Shown here: piece after piece, positions 1-8,912 of the stretch
Layout: the number at the start of each line of letters is the position of its first letter
Numbering within the stretch: position 1 is the first letter of the stretch
Assembly (NCBI GenBank): GCA_964514975.1
Contig: CAZESS010000003.1
Location: 68,407 to 132,406, forward strand
Length of the DNA: 64,000 nucleotides
Source of the DNA: an uncultured Thermoplasmatales archaeon
GTDB taxonomy: Archaea > Thermoplasmatota > E2 > UBA202 > DSCA01
Direction of reading: 5' to 3'
Position numbers and translations under genes: made by a program
The notes under the pieces: model-generated
Databases searched by the model: none
What the model was told of the DNA's origin: nothing
Seen by the model: the letters and a program-made list of their open reading frames with translations, nothing else

Positions 1-804
1 CGTGAGAAAAATCTTGTCCTCCGCTGCAACCGGGCGTATGACGCCGCTGACACCCAGCGCCAGCAAAATGTTGATGATGTTACTCCCGATGATGTTGCCG
101 ACGGCGATGCCGTGCTTTCCCTTCAAAGCGGCGGCAATGCTGCTCGCCAGCTCGGGCAGCGACGAGCCGAAGGCAATCATCGTCAGCCCGATAACGGCGC
201 GGGGAACACCGAGCAGGTCGGCGATTCCCACGCCTGCATGGACAGTCAGCTGCGCCCCCGCCACCACCGCCACGCCCCCCACGGCCAGCATCACGCCGTG
301 CTTCAGCAGGCCATCCCGCTCGACGTCAGGCAGCTCATCCCGGCAGCGTTCCCGTCGATGAGTTGTCCACCAGTAGTACACGAAGAAGGCGTAGACGGCC
401 AGGTAGAGGACGCCGTCGTAGATGTCGATGCGTCCGTCGAGCCAGAGCGAGCCGAGGAGGAGCAGCGTGACGGCGAGCATGAACAGGGAGTCACGCCGGG
501 TGTCCCTGCTGGCGCAGAGGGGCATGATGAGGGCACTGACGCCCAGGATGAGGCAGATGTTGGTGATGTTGCTGCCCACGATGTTGCCGATGGCGATGCC
601 GGCCTCGCCCTGGAAGGCGGCGATGGATGACACGGCTATCTCGGGCAGCGAGGTGGCGAAGGCGACCAGGGTGAGACCGATGGTGTGCTCGGAGGCGCCG
701 GTGGCCGAGGCGACGGCTGCGGCGCCGTCGATAAACACGTCGCTTCCCTTGGCGAGCAGCAGCAGCCCCGCGGCGAGGATACCGAGGTACAGGAGCGGGT
801 CCAT
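1..804 (-). CDS. Calcium/sodium antiporter (CaCA/YrbG family), runs off the window
   Basis: Manual translation from ATG at 804: MDPLLYLGILAAGLLLLAKGSDVFIDGA...IGLTLVAFATSLPE (alpha-1 repeat) and GNIVGSNI-type motifs. Absent from the ORF track because it is truncated. Confidence 0.9.
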   Translation of the reverse strand, partial: MDPLLYLGILAAGLLLLAKGSDVFIDGAAAVASATGASEHTIGLTLVAFATSLPEIAVSSIAAFQGEAGIAIGNIVGSNITNICLILGVSALIMPLCASRDTRRDSLFMLAVTLLLLGSLWLDGRIDIYDGVLYLAVYAFFVYYWWTTHRRERCRDELPDVERDGLLKHGVMLAVGGVAVVAGAQLTVHAGVGIADLLGVPRAVIGLTMIAFGSSLPELASSIAAALKGKHGIAVGNIIGSNIINILLALGVSGVIRPVAAEDKIFLT

Positions 805-882
805 CCGTGTTAGGATGTGCAGCGGGTTGAAATGCTTTTCTCATTCCGCCAAAGTATAAATATGCGCCCGGTTTCATCGGCC

Positions 883-2118
883 ATGCACCGGAGAGCATTG
901 GTCGTCGTGATTGTGCTGGCCCTTGTTGTGGCACCGACGGTGATGCCGTTTTCCCAGGGGGCTGCAGATGACGATACGCTGGCGGATATCATCGCCGCCG
1001 TCGACACCGACGCGTTATACCACTACGACAAGACCATCCAGGACGTGGGGCCGCATCCCACGGGCAGCGATGAATGCCGGGAGGTCGCCTCCTTTATCTA
1101 TGACGAGTTTGCGAGCTACGGGCTCAACGTGTCCTATCATGCATGGCATCGGAACGGTTTGAGCAGCCGGAACGTGGTGGCGACGCTTCCCGGGGAAACG
1201 AACTACACGGTCATCATGTCGGCACACTATGACAGCGTCGATGATTCGCCGGGTGCGGACGACGACGGCTCCGGCGTCTCGAGCGTGCTGATGGCCGCCA
1301 GGGTGCTCAGCAGCTACAGCTTTCGCCATACCGTCAAGTTCATCTGCTTCTCCGGCGAGGAGCAAGGCCTCTACGGCAGCGGCGCCTATGCCCGTGGCGC
1401 ATACGAGCGGGATGAAGCCATCCTCGCCGTTCTGCAGCTCGACGGCGTCGGCCACGCCGTGAGCAGCAAGGGCGGCAGCACCATCCGGCTGTGTGCCAAT
1501 GACGCCTCCGCATGGATTACCGATGCGGCACAGCGGGTGCTCGACAGCCACGGCGATGACATCGGCCTGTCCATCCACCGGAACCGGAACTTTGCGGGGA
1601 GCGACCACCAGTCGTTCATCAACTACGGCTACGAGGGCATATTTTTCCTTGAATACGAGTTCAACCCCTATTATCATTCGCCGGGGGACACCATCGAGCA
1701 TGTCAACTTCAGCTACCTGACCAGGGTCTGCCGGCTGGCATCCGCCACTGTCGCCTCTATCGCAGGCCGGGAGATATCGCTGTACACGCGCATCGTCGAG
1801 CCGGACCGCGGCGCCATCTACGCTGGCAGCACACAGGTCATGGCGCTGGATGGGTATCGCACCGTCGTGCTCGGCCGTACGCATGTTCGCGCCGAGGTGC
1901 ATGGCCCCGCCGTTGTCGAACGCGTCTTTTTCTATCTCGACGGCGAGGTACGGGGCATCGACGAGACGGCGCCCTACGAGCACGAGTATAGCAGGGTGGC
2001 GCTGTTCAGCCATGACGTCAGGGTCGAGGTCGAGGGAACAAATGCTGCGGACATGGCGCAGGTGTCCGTGGTGATGTTTAACCTCGTGCCTGGTCCATGG
2101 CTTGATGCTACCGGATGA
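883..2118 (+). CDS. Secreted M28 family metallo-aminopeptidase with C-terminal Ig-like domain
   Basis: Signal peptide; SAHYDS, PGADDDGSG, FSGEEQGLYGS, SDH and YHSPGD motifs. Start chosen about 28 nt after a TATAAA box. Confidence 0.88.
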   Translation: MHRRALVVVIVLALVVAPTVMPFSQGAADDDTLADIIAAVDTDALYHYDKTIQDVGPHPTGSDECREVASFIYDEFASYGLNVSYHAWHRNGLSSRNVVATLPGETNYTVIMSAHYDSVDDSPGADDDGSGVSSVLMAARVLSSYSFRHTVKFICFSGEEQGLYGSGAYARGAYERDEAILAVLQLDGVGHAVSSKGGSTIRLCANDASAWITDAAQRVLDSHGDDIGLSIHRNRNFAGSDHQSFINYGYEGIFFLEYEFNPYYHSPGDTIEHVNFSYLTRVCRLASATVASIAGREISLYTRIVEPDRGAIYAGSTQVMALDGYRTVVLGRTHVRAEVHGPAVVERVFFYLDGEVRGIDETAPYEHEYSRVALFSHDVRVEVEGTNAADMAQVSVVMFNLVPGPWLDATG

Positions 2119-2197
2119 TGGAACGGCCCAGCAATCATGGCACGTGCTGTCACCCATCAGGCAACACATTTAAGAGCGTAGGGTATTTATCCCCACG

Positions 2198-3391
2198 ATG
2201 GATGTTTCAAAGCACTATTCAAGTAATCTGAAAAGGATGAAATCCTCGGAGATACGGGACCTGCTGGCCGTCTCCCAGCAACCCGGCGTCATCTCGTTTG
2301 GCGGGGGGCTTCCCAACTCCAAGGCGTTTCCGGTTCACAAGATTCAGCGTATCGTCGAAGGAATCATCGAGGAGGAGCCAAACGTCGCCTTCCAGTATGG
2401 AACCACGAAGGGACAGCCCAAGCTTCGGAGGGCAATCGTGGACATGGCAGCCGACGAGGGCATCAACGCCGACATGGACCATGTGCTCATCACCGTCGGG
2501 TCGCAGCAGGCGCTCGACCTCATCGGCCGCGTGTTTCTCAACCCCGAGGACACCATCTTCCTGGGGCTGCCGACCTATCTGGGCGGCATCAACGTCTTTC
2601 GGGCCTACGGGGCCAACATGGTCGGCGTACCCGTCGACAGGGACGGCATGAACGTTGACATCCTTGAGGAAAAAATCATTGAGGCCGAGCGCGCTGGCAG
2701 GCCGGGCAAGCTCATCTACACGGTTCCCACCTTTCAGAATCCCGCCGGCGTGGAAATGTCCGCGGACCGGCGGCGGCGCATCGTCGAGCTGGCGGAGGAA
2801 CACAACCTCGTGCTCCTGGAGGACGACCCCTACGGCAAGCTCCGGTTTGAGGGGGAAGCATTGCCGCCGCTGCGTGCGCTCTCCGACAACGTGGTCCACA
2901 TGGCGACGTTTTCCAAGGTGCTGTCACCCGGCTTCCGGCTCGCCTACGTCATCGCTCCCAACGGCGTTGTCGACAAGATGGAGCTGGCGAAGCAGTCGGT
3001 TGACCTGTGCACGCCGACGTTCACCCAGTCGATTGCCCGCCGCTTCATATCCGAGGGGCACATGGACGAGCATCTGCCCAACATCATTTCCATGTACCGG
3101 CGGAAGCGGGATATCATGCTGGACGCGCTGGAAGAATATTTCCCTGACGGATGCGAGTGGACGCATCCCCGGGGCGGCATGTTTCTCTGGGCGACGCTGC
3201 CCGAGCACATAGACACCCGGGAGATGTTCCAGGATGCCATCAAGGAAAAAGTGGCATATGTCCACGGTCGCGCCTTCTACGTCAACGGGGGCGGCGGCAA
3301 CACGATGCGGCTCAACTTTTCGAACCCGAGCGACGAGGACGTCACCGAGGGCATCCGGCGGCTCGGCGCCACGATAGAGAAAAACCTGTAG
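2198..3391 (+). CDS. PLP-dependent aminotransferase class I/II (aminoadipate/aromatic aminotransferase-like)
   Basis: ISFGGGLP, FQNPAG, EDDPY and TFSKVLSPGFRL (PLP Lys) motifs. Confidence 0.92.
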   Translation: MDVSKHYSSNLKRMKSSEIRDLLAVSQQPGVISFGGGLPNSKAFPVHKIQRIVEGIIEEEPNVAFQYGTTKGQPKLRRAIVDMAADEGINADMDHVLITVGSQQALDLIGRVFLNPEDTIFLGLPTYLGGINVFRAYGANMVGVPVDRDGMNVDILEEKIIEAERAGRPGKLIYTVPTFQNPAGVEMSADRRRRIVELAEEHNLVLLEDDPYGKLRFEGEALPPLRALSDNVVHMATFSKVLSPGFRLAYVIAPNGVVDKMELAKQSVDLCTPTFTQSIARRFISEGHMDEHLPNIISMYRRKRDIMLDALEEYFPDGCEWTHPRGGMFLWATLPEHIDTREMFQDAIKEKVAYVHGRAFYVNGGGGNTMRLNFSNPSDEDVTEGIRRLGATIEKNL

Positions 3392-3392
3392 G

Positions 3393-4478
3393 CTAGTCCG
3401 CGCGGCGTATCCCGTCACCGGATAGCTCGTTCCATGATGCACCGGCGCATGAGATACACAGATGGCGACCGTTTTTTTCGAGGGTGCGGGTGGCCATCAC
3501 CGGCTCGTGGCAGGATTCGCAGATGATGCTGTCATGGATGGGCGCATACGAGGGTATGTCGATGGTGACCTGTTCCACGGTGAACAGCTCCTCGACGTCC
3601 TGCTGGAGGAGGTCGAAGGCACGCTCCTGTGCCATCCGCCGGTAGCGGGCTTCGTCTTCGTCGGTGCCCTCCCTGTCTTTGACGACCTTTGTGAACAGCT
3701 TCGCGAACGCGTCATCCCGCTGCTTGCGTAGGAGAGCGGCGATGCGGATGCCCTCGCCGTCTCTGCCTGCCAGGGTGAACGCGGTTTTGCCGAGGTCGCG
3801 GAACACCAGGGCGTTGTTGCCCAGGGTGCAGCCGGTGACGTACTGCACGCCGTCGGCGAAGCAGTTGTTTGTCTCGACGATTGCCATGACGTGTTCCATG
3901 CCGTCTGAGCGCCAGCTCATCTGCTGCACGGCATGCGCGGCGGCCATGACGCCCATCGCCAGCCCGGGGCAGAAATGGCCGTGGAGCTCGCCGGCCCGTA
4001 ATAGCAGTTCTTCCAGGACATGGGTGCGTATGAGGCGCATTATCTCGCTGCGGGGACTGGCTTTTACGTGTTCCCGGATGACCTGCTGTTGTTCTGTTTC
4101 GTCGAGCGACGGCGCGTATGGCTTGATGTCCAGCACCGGGGTGCCGTCGATGGCGTCCAGGCCTTTTACCCGCACCGTGGTGCCATCTCGTTCAAGCAGC
4201 CTGGCGGTGGTAACACCGATGCCGCTCGGCCGGTGCGGGCTCCGCGAGGCGAAGACGCCTTTCACCCCCCCGCTGTAGGTCGGCCCCCGGAGCTCGTAGC
4301 TCTCGGAGCGATGAAAATGGAAGACGACCTGGATATACCTGCTGTCTTCGATGCGGTAGAGGCCGTCCGCATACCGCTCGTGTATCTCGATGACACTTTC
4401 CTCCTGGCGCATTTCATGCGGGTCCATGGGCTCCGTCATGTCGTTGTGGACGACGCCGATTTCCCTGATGTCCTGCAT
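3393..4478 (-). CDS. Fusion protein: TrmO/TsaA-like SAM-binding domain + FmdE domain + C-terminal zinc ribbon
   Basis: N-terminal GVFASRSPHRPSGIG and GLDAIDGTPVLDIKPY (TsaA); then LHGHFCPGLAMG and ETNNCFADGVQYVTGCTLGN (FmdE); CESC...CISC at the end. Confidence 0.85.
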   Translation of the reverse strand: MQDIREIGVVHNDMTEPMDPHEMRQEESVIEIHERYADGLYRIEDSRYIQVVFHFHRSESYELRGPTYSGGVKGVFASRSPHRPSGIGVTTARLLERDGTTVRVKGLDAIDGTPVLDIKPYAPSLDETEQQQVIREHVKASPRSEIMRLIRTHVLEELLLRAGELHGHFCPGLAMGVMAAAHAVQQMSWRSDGMEHVMAIVETNNCFADGVQYVTGCTLGNNALVFRDLGKTAFTLAGRDGEGIRIAALLRKQRDDAFAKLFTKVVKDREGTDEDEARYRRMAQERAFDLLQQDVEELFTVEQVTIDIPSYAPIHDSIICESCHEPVMATRTLEKNGRHLCISCAGASWNELSGDGIRRAD

Positions 4479-4500
4479 GTGATGCACACCCCGGCGGCTT

Positions 4501-5343
4501 TCATAAGCCTTTCCGTGCCGCGAGCAGGCCGCTGCCACGGCGGCGCTTGGGCGACAGCGCTATCGAGACGGCAAACCCGCTTGCTGAGACGATGACGATG
4601 GACGCCCCGATGGGAAAATCGGTGAGCAGGGAGAGCACGAAGCCGGCAATGCAGCTGACGATGCCGATGAGAGATGAAGCGGTGACGATTTTTTTGAAGT
4701 CGTAGAAAAACTGGTAGGCCGTCGATGTCGGGTTGACGATGAGCGCGAACACCAGCAGCCCGCCGACAAGGCGGAGGGAAAGCGAGACCGCGGCGGCGGT
4801 GAAAAACAGGATGACAAAGTAAAACGCGGTGGTGTTGACCCCGGCGGCTTCGGCCAGCTTCCGGTGGAAGAGCACCGCCACGATTTCCTTGTAAAAGAGG
4901 ATGGTGAACGCTGTGAGGGCCGCGGCCAGCAGCGCCAGGAGCAGCACCATCTCGTGGGTGACGGCGAAGATGCTTCCCCAGAGGATGCGGAGCGCCGTAC
5001 CCGAGGCAGCCTGCCCGGGTATCATGCTCAGGAAGATGAACGCAAGGGCGATGGTCGCCGAAAACAGAAAGCCGATAATCACGTTGCTTTCCAGCCTGGC
5101 TTTTTCACCCAGCGGGCCGATGAGCATAGCGGTACCCAGTGAAAAAGCGACTGCGCCGATGAGCGGGTCGATGGCGGCCATGATGCCGAAGGCGGCGCCG
5201 GCGAAGGCAGCATGGGACATGCAGTATCCGATCGAGGACAGGTTCATCCGGACGACGAAGATGCCGACGGTCGAGCAGACGAAGCCTGCAAGCACCGCCG
5301 CGGCTATCGAGGTGAGCAGCAGCGCCGGGGGAAGCGCGATCAT
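4501..5343 (-). CDS. Metal ABC transporter permease (ZnuB/MntB type)
   Basis: Highly hydrophobic; MSHAAFAG motif; ABC-3 architecture; lies in an operon with the ATPase and binding protein. Confidence 0.9.
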   Translation of the reverse strand: MIALPPALLLTSIAAAVLAGFVCSTVGIFVVRMNLSSIGYCMSHAAFAGAAFGIMAAIDPLIGAVAFSLGTAMLIGPLGEKARLESNVIIGFLFSATIALAFIFLSMIPGQAASGTALRILWGSIFAVTHEMVLLLALLAAALTAFTILFYKEIVAVLFHRKLAEAAGVNTTAFYFVILFFTAAAVSLSLRLVGGLLVFALIVNPTSTAYQFFYDFKKIVTASSLIGIVSCIAGFVLSLLTDFPIGASIVIVSASGFAVSIALSPKRRRGSGLLAARKGL

Positions 5344-6098
5344 GCTGCGTCCTGCTCCCAAAAAATACGTGACACCATAGCCGACGACATCATTTCGTCT
5401 CTGGTGCCCTGCATCACGATGCGGCCGCTGTCCATGACGACGACGCGGGAACATGCAGTGGGGATGGACTGCAGGTCGTGGGAGACCATTATCACGGTGA
5501 CACCGTCGTGCTCGTTTACATCGCTGATAATCTCGGCCATCTGACGCCTTGCGGAGATGTCCAGGTGCGAGAACGGTTCGTCGAGGAGGAGCAGCGATGG
5601 CTCCTGGGCGAGGGCTCTGGCGAGCAGGAGCTTCTGGAACTCGCCGCCGGACATTTTGCCCACCGGACGGGTGGCAAATGCGCTCATGCCGACCAGCTCC
5701 ATTTTTTCCTGGACCACCTGCCGGTCGTGCTGCCGTGGAAACCGGAGGAGACCTATTTTTCCCGTGCGGCCGGTCATCACCACGTCTCGGGCCAGGAACG
5801 GGTCGCGAGGGTCGAGGTCGAAGTTTTGTATGACGTATCCGATGTGTTTGCGGAGGGCATGCGCGTTGGCGGTGATTTCTTTGCCGAATACGCGGCCGTG
5901 GCCGGCGGTGTATTCGAGGAGGCCGTTGATGGTTTCGAGGAGCGTGGTCTTCCCGGCGCCGTTGGGACCGATGACGGACACCATGTCTCCACGTTTCACG
6001 GCGAGGTCGATGCCGTGGATGACGGGGATGCGTTCTCCCTCGTAGATGGTGGCTATGTCGTGGAGTTCGACCGCCGGCTCGCCGCTGATGTCATGCAT
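5340..6098 (-). CDS. Metal ABC transporter ATP-binding protein (ZnuC type)
   Basis: GPNGAGKTT, MSGGEFQK, LLLLDEP, VSHD. Confidence 0.92.
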   Translation of the reverse strand: MHDISGEPAVELHDIATIYEGERIPVIHGIDLAVKRGDMVSVIGPNGAGKTTLLETINGLLEYTAGHGRVFGKEITANAHALRKHIGYVIQNFDLDPRDPFLARDVVMTGRTGKIGLLRFPRQHDRQVVQEKMELVGMSAFATRPVGKMSGGEFQKLLLARALAQEPSLLLLDEPFSHLDISARRQMAEIISDVNEHDGVTVIMVSHDLQSIPTACSRVVVMDSGRIVMQGTRDEMMSSAMVSRIFWEQDAA

Positions 6099-6501
6099 CG
6101 TTGGTGTGGATGATGAAAAGCTCCTCGTCGCTCCGCTGGTAGATGTCTGCCGAATATGCCTCGATGTTTTCGTCTGTTACCTCGGCTTCGATTTCCTCTC
6201 TGATTGCTGGCCTGAGCGTCAGGTGCAGCGAGCCGCCGTCGTCACCGGTGAACCGGGCGCCGGCTTTGGCGTCGCCGTGGACGGCGAGGTTTCCCTTGCC
6301 CAGCGTGCATCCGGAGGCCAGCTGGATGCCGTCGACGATGCAGGATATGGGTGTCGTGATGCCGGTCAGTGCGACGGCGTGCTTTGCGAAGGGGTCGTCG
6401 CCGAGGTGCTTGTTGGCGAGGAGACCCATCCGGTAGCCGATGACCGCGTAGGGACCGAGATGGCCGTGGAACTGTTTTATCTGTTCCAGGCTTTCATCCA
6501 T
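6091..6501 (-). CDS. FmdE family protein (short form)
   Basis: FHGHLGPYAVIGYRMG and SCIVDGIQLASGCTLGKGNL. Confidence 0.85.
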   Translation of the reverse strand: MDESLEQIKQFHGHLGPYAVIGYRMGLLANKHLGDDPFAKHAVALTGITTPISCIVDGIQLASGCTLGKGNLAVHGDAKAGARFTGDDGGSLHLTLRPAIREEIEAEVTDENIEAYSADIYQRSDEELFIIHTNDA

Positions 6502-6502
6502 G

Positions 6503-7474
6503 TTATTTTCTCCTGTACAGCATGAGCAGCACGACGGCTGCGCCGGCGCTTATGATGGTCAGCGTGAGCGTGACATCTCGCTGCAGCTTCAGGGCGAGGA
6601 TGTCGCTTTCCAGCTCGTTGACTTCGCCCTGTTTGTGCTGGTGGACCGTGATGCCGGAGACGAGCTGTTCGGTGTTGTAGGTGAGCATCTCGAGGTAGGT
6701 GCCGGCTCCCGGTGCTGCCCCGGGGAAGTTGGTGAGCACGACGTGGGAGACTTGGGCGTCGGCTGCGACGGATGCACCGAAGTCGGTGCCGCTCTGCAGG
6801 TTGTCGACGACCGCGCAGACGTCGCTGCTGGCAGCAGCGGCGGTGACGTTGAGTATGTCCCGGGTGGACAGCCGCTCGGGCGGCGCATATGCGGCGGTGA
6901 CGTCGAAGCCGAGCCATGCGACGAATGCCCGCTGCCATTGCATGCACACGACTTTTTTGCCCGTGTATCCCTTGCTTGTTATCATCTGCTGTGCTTCCTC
7001 GGCGGTCTGGTTTATGTTTTCCTGATATCGGGCTGCATTGTTCTGTATGACCTGCTGGTGCGCCGGCAGGGCACCGGTAAGATTGTCCTGGAGTGCTTTC
7101 ACGTAGGTTCGAGCTCCTGCTGGAAGGTTCCATTCGCCGAGGCCGGCACAGTTGATGCGTGTGGGGGTGACCCCTGAGGCATCGAGGAGGTCCTGGAGCC
7201 ATGGCTCCCATCCAAGGGCGATGATGATGTCTGCGGAGGCGATGCGCTGCACGTCGCTGGGGCGGGTATCGAAGTGTGCCGGGCAGACGCCGGCAGGCAT
7301 GATGTGGTCGACGGTGCTGTCGGTGCCGTTAAGCAGCCGGGTTGTGAAGTCGGCCAGGATGGTATTTGTGCAGACCACGTTGACGGTGTCCTGGTCTGCT
7401 GCGTTTGCGTGGAGGGGCGCCATGAGGGCGGCAAGGAAGAGCGTTGCTGTTATGAGATATATTGTTTTTTTCAT
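6503..7474 (-). CDS. Metal ABC transporter substrate-binding protein (ZnuA/TroA fold) with C-terminal membrane anchor
   Basis: Signal peptide, IMPAGVCPAHFDTRPSD, LGWEPW, C-terminal TM helix followed by RRK. Confidence 0.85.
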   Translation of the reverse strand: MKKTIYLITATLFLAALMAPLHANAADQDTVNVVCTNTILADFTTRLLNGTDSTVDHIMPAGVCPAHFDTRPSDVQRIASADIIIALGWEPWLQDLLDASGVTPTRINCAGLGEWNLPAGARTYVKALQDNLTGALPAHQQVIQNNAARYQENINQTAEEAQQMITSKGYTGKKVVCMQWQRAFVAWLGFDVTAAYAPPERLSTRDILNVTAAAASSDVCAVVDNLQSGTDFGASVAADAQVSHVVLTNFPGAAPGAGTYLEMLTYNTEQLVSGITVHQHKQGEVNELESDILALKLQRDVTLTLTIISAGAAVVLLMLYRRK

Positions 7475-7483
7475 GGTTTCACC

Positions 7484-7584
7484 GTAGCAATTTTTCTGTT
7501 TTCGTAATACCGCCCGCTATATGAACCTTGCGGTAGCAACAGATAAATAATGGTAGCACGTTTGTGGGTGTATGGTGCTACCAT
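7484..7584. promoter_or_regulatory. Candidate NikR operators in the divergent promoter region
   Basis: Perfect inverted repeat ATGGTAGCAC (7550-7559)-N15-GTGCTACCAT (7575-7584). Further GTAGCA half-sites at 7484 (paired with TAATAC at 7505-7510) and 7533. Confidence 0.7.
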
Positions 7585-8002
7585 GACCGTCCAGCGGGTC
7601 GGTGTCTCCTTCGAGCCGGAGCTGCTCGAACAGTTCGACAACGTGATAGCAAAAAAGGGCTACGCCAACCGCAGCGAGGCGATACGCGACCTCGTCCGCG
7701 AGTCCATCGCCGAGGCGGCGCTGCAGCGTGAGAGCGGCGACGTCATGGGAACCCTGACCATCGTCTACGACCACGACGAAGGCAACGTGACAAACAAGCT
7801 GCTGCACCTCGAGCACGGCCACCTGGCCGAGATACTCTCGACGACGCACATTCATGTCACGAAGCATCTCTGCCTGGAGGTGCTGGTTATCCAGGGAGAG
7901 GCATCGAAGGCACAGATGCTGGCCGACCGCATCACCGCCCTGAAGGGCGTCAAGCAGGGGGAGCTGGTGCTGACACCGCTGGCCGGTGAGGCACATGAAT
8001 GA
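7583..8002 (+). CDS. nikR: Nickel-responsive transcriptional regulator NikR
   Basis: RVGVSFEPELL...NRSEAIRDLVR RHH domain; YDH and HIHVTKHLCLEV Ni-binding residues. Confidence 0.93.
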   Translation: MTVQRVGVSFEPELLEQFDNVIAKKGYANRSEAIRDLVRESIAEAALQRESGDVMGTLTIVYDHDEGNVTNKLLHLEHGHLAEILSTTHIHVTKHLCLEVLVIQGEASKAQMLADRITALKGVKQGELVLTPLAGEAHE

Positions 8003-8912
8003 GAGGACAGAGGCAGTCATCAAGATAGACGGCCTGACCAAGCACTACGGCGACGTGGTCGGCGTCCAGGACCTGAGCCTTGACGTGCACCGGGGCGAGA
8101 TCATGGGCTTCCTTGGCCCCAATGGCGCCGGGAAGACCACGACGCTCAGGAGCTGCTTGGCCCTGCTGTCAAAGACCGCCGGCACAATAACGATATTCGG
8201 CATGGACTCGCACCGCGATGCGGTGGCCATTCGCCGGCGGACGGGCTATCTCCCCGGAGACTTCGGGCTCATCCCCGCGGTGAGCACGAGGCGCTATCTT
8301 CAATATCTTTTGTCGCTCAGCGACTGCTGCTCCGACGAGAAGCTCCGCTCGCTGGCTGACCGGCTGGAGCTCAACCTGGACAGGAAGACCAACGAGCTGT
8401 CGAAGGGCAACCGGCAGAAGGTTGGCATCATCCAGGCGCTGATGGCCGGGCAGGACCTGATCATCATGGACGAGCCCACATCGGGGCTCGACCCGCTCAT
8501 GCAGCAGGAGGTCTACCGCATCATGCGGGAGGAACAGCAGGACGGCAAGACCATTTTCATGTCGTCGCACATCCTGGCGGAGGCCGAGCAGGTCTGCGAC
8601 CGGGTGGCCATCATACGGAACGGCAGGCTCGAGGTGGTCGAGGAGGTGCAGGCGCTGCAGGAAAAAACGGGGAAAGTCCTGGAGGTCGAGTTCCGTGACC
8701 CCGTGAATCTCGACGAGTTCGACATGGACGGGGTGACCGATCTGCGCAGGGAGGACGGAAAAATCATGCTGACCATCCATGAAAACCTCGACCGGGTCGT
8801 CAAGACGGTGTCCGGCCACAAAATCCTGAACATGCAGCTTTACACCTACAGCCTCGAGCAGCTCTTCCTGAAATACTACGGCGAGGAAGACAGGACGGAG
8901 GGTGAACCATGA
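7995..8912 (+). CDS. ABC-2 type exporter ATP-binding protein
   Basis: GPNGAGKTT, LSKGNRQK, DEPTSGLDP, SSH. Confidence 0.92.
   Translation: MNERTEAVIKIDGLTKHYGDVVGVQDLSLDVHRGEIMGFLGPNGAGKTTTLRSCLALLSKTAGTITIFGMDSHRDAVAIRRRTGYLPGDFGLIPAVSTRRYLQYLLSLSDCCSDEKLRSLADRLELNLDRKTNELSKGNRQKVGIIQALMAGQDLIIMDEPTSGLDPLMQQEVYRIMREEQQDGKTIFMSSHILAEAEQVCDRVAIIRNGRLEVVEEVQALQEKTGKVLEVEFRDPVNLDEFDMDGVTDLRREDGKIMLTIHENLDRVVKTVSGHKILNMQLYTYSLEQLFLKYYGEEDRTEGEP

Noticed and set aside
1015-2169. Long antisense or alternate-frame ORFs (also 10431-11399, 34069-35652, 38712-39824, 42560-43813, 60017-61342)
   Set aside because: Shadow ORFs expected in high-GC coding DNA. They overlap confidently assigned genes and show no motifs.
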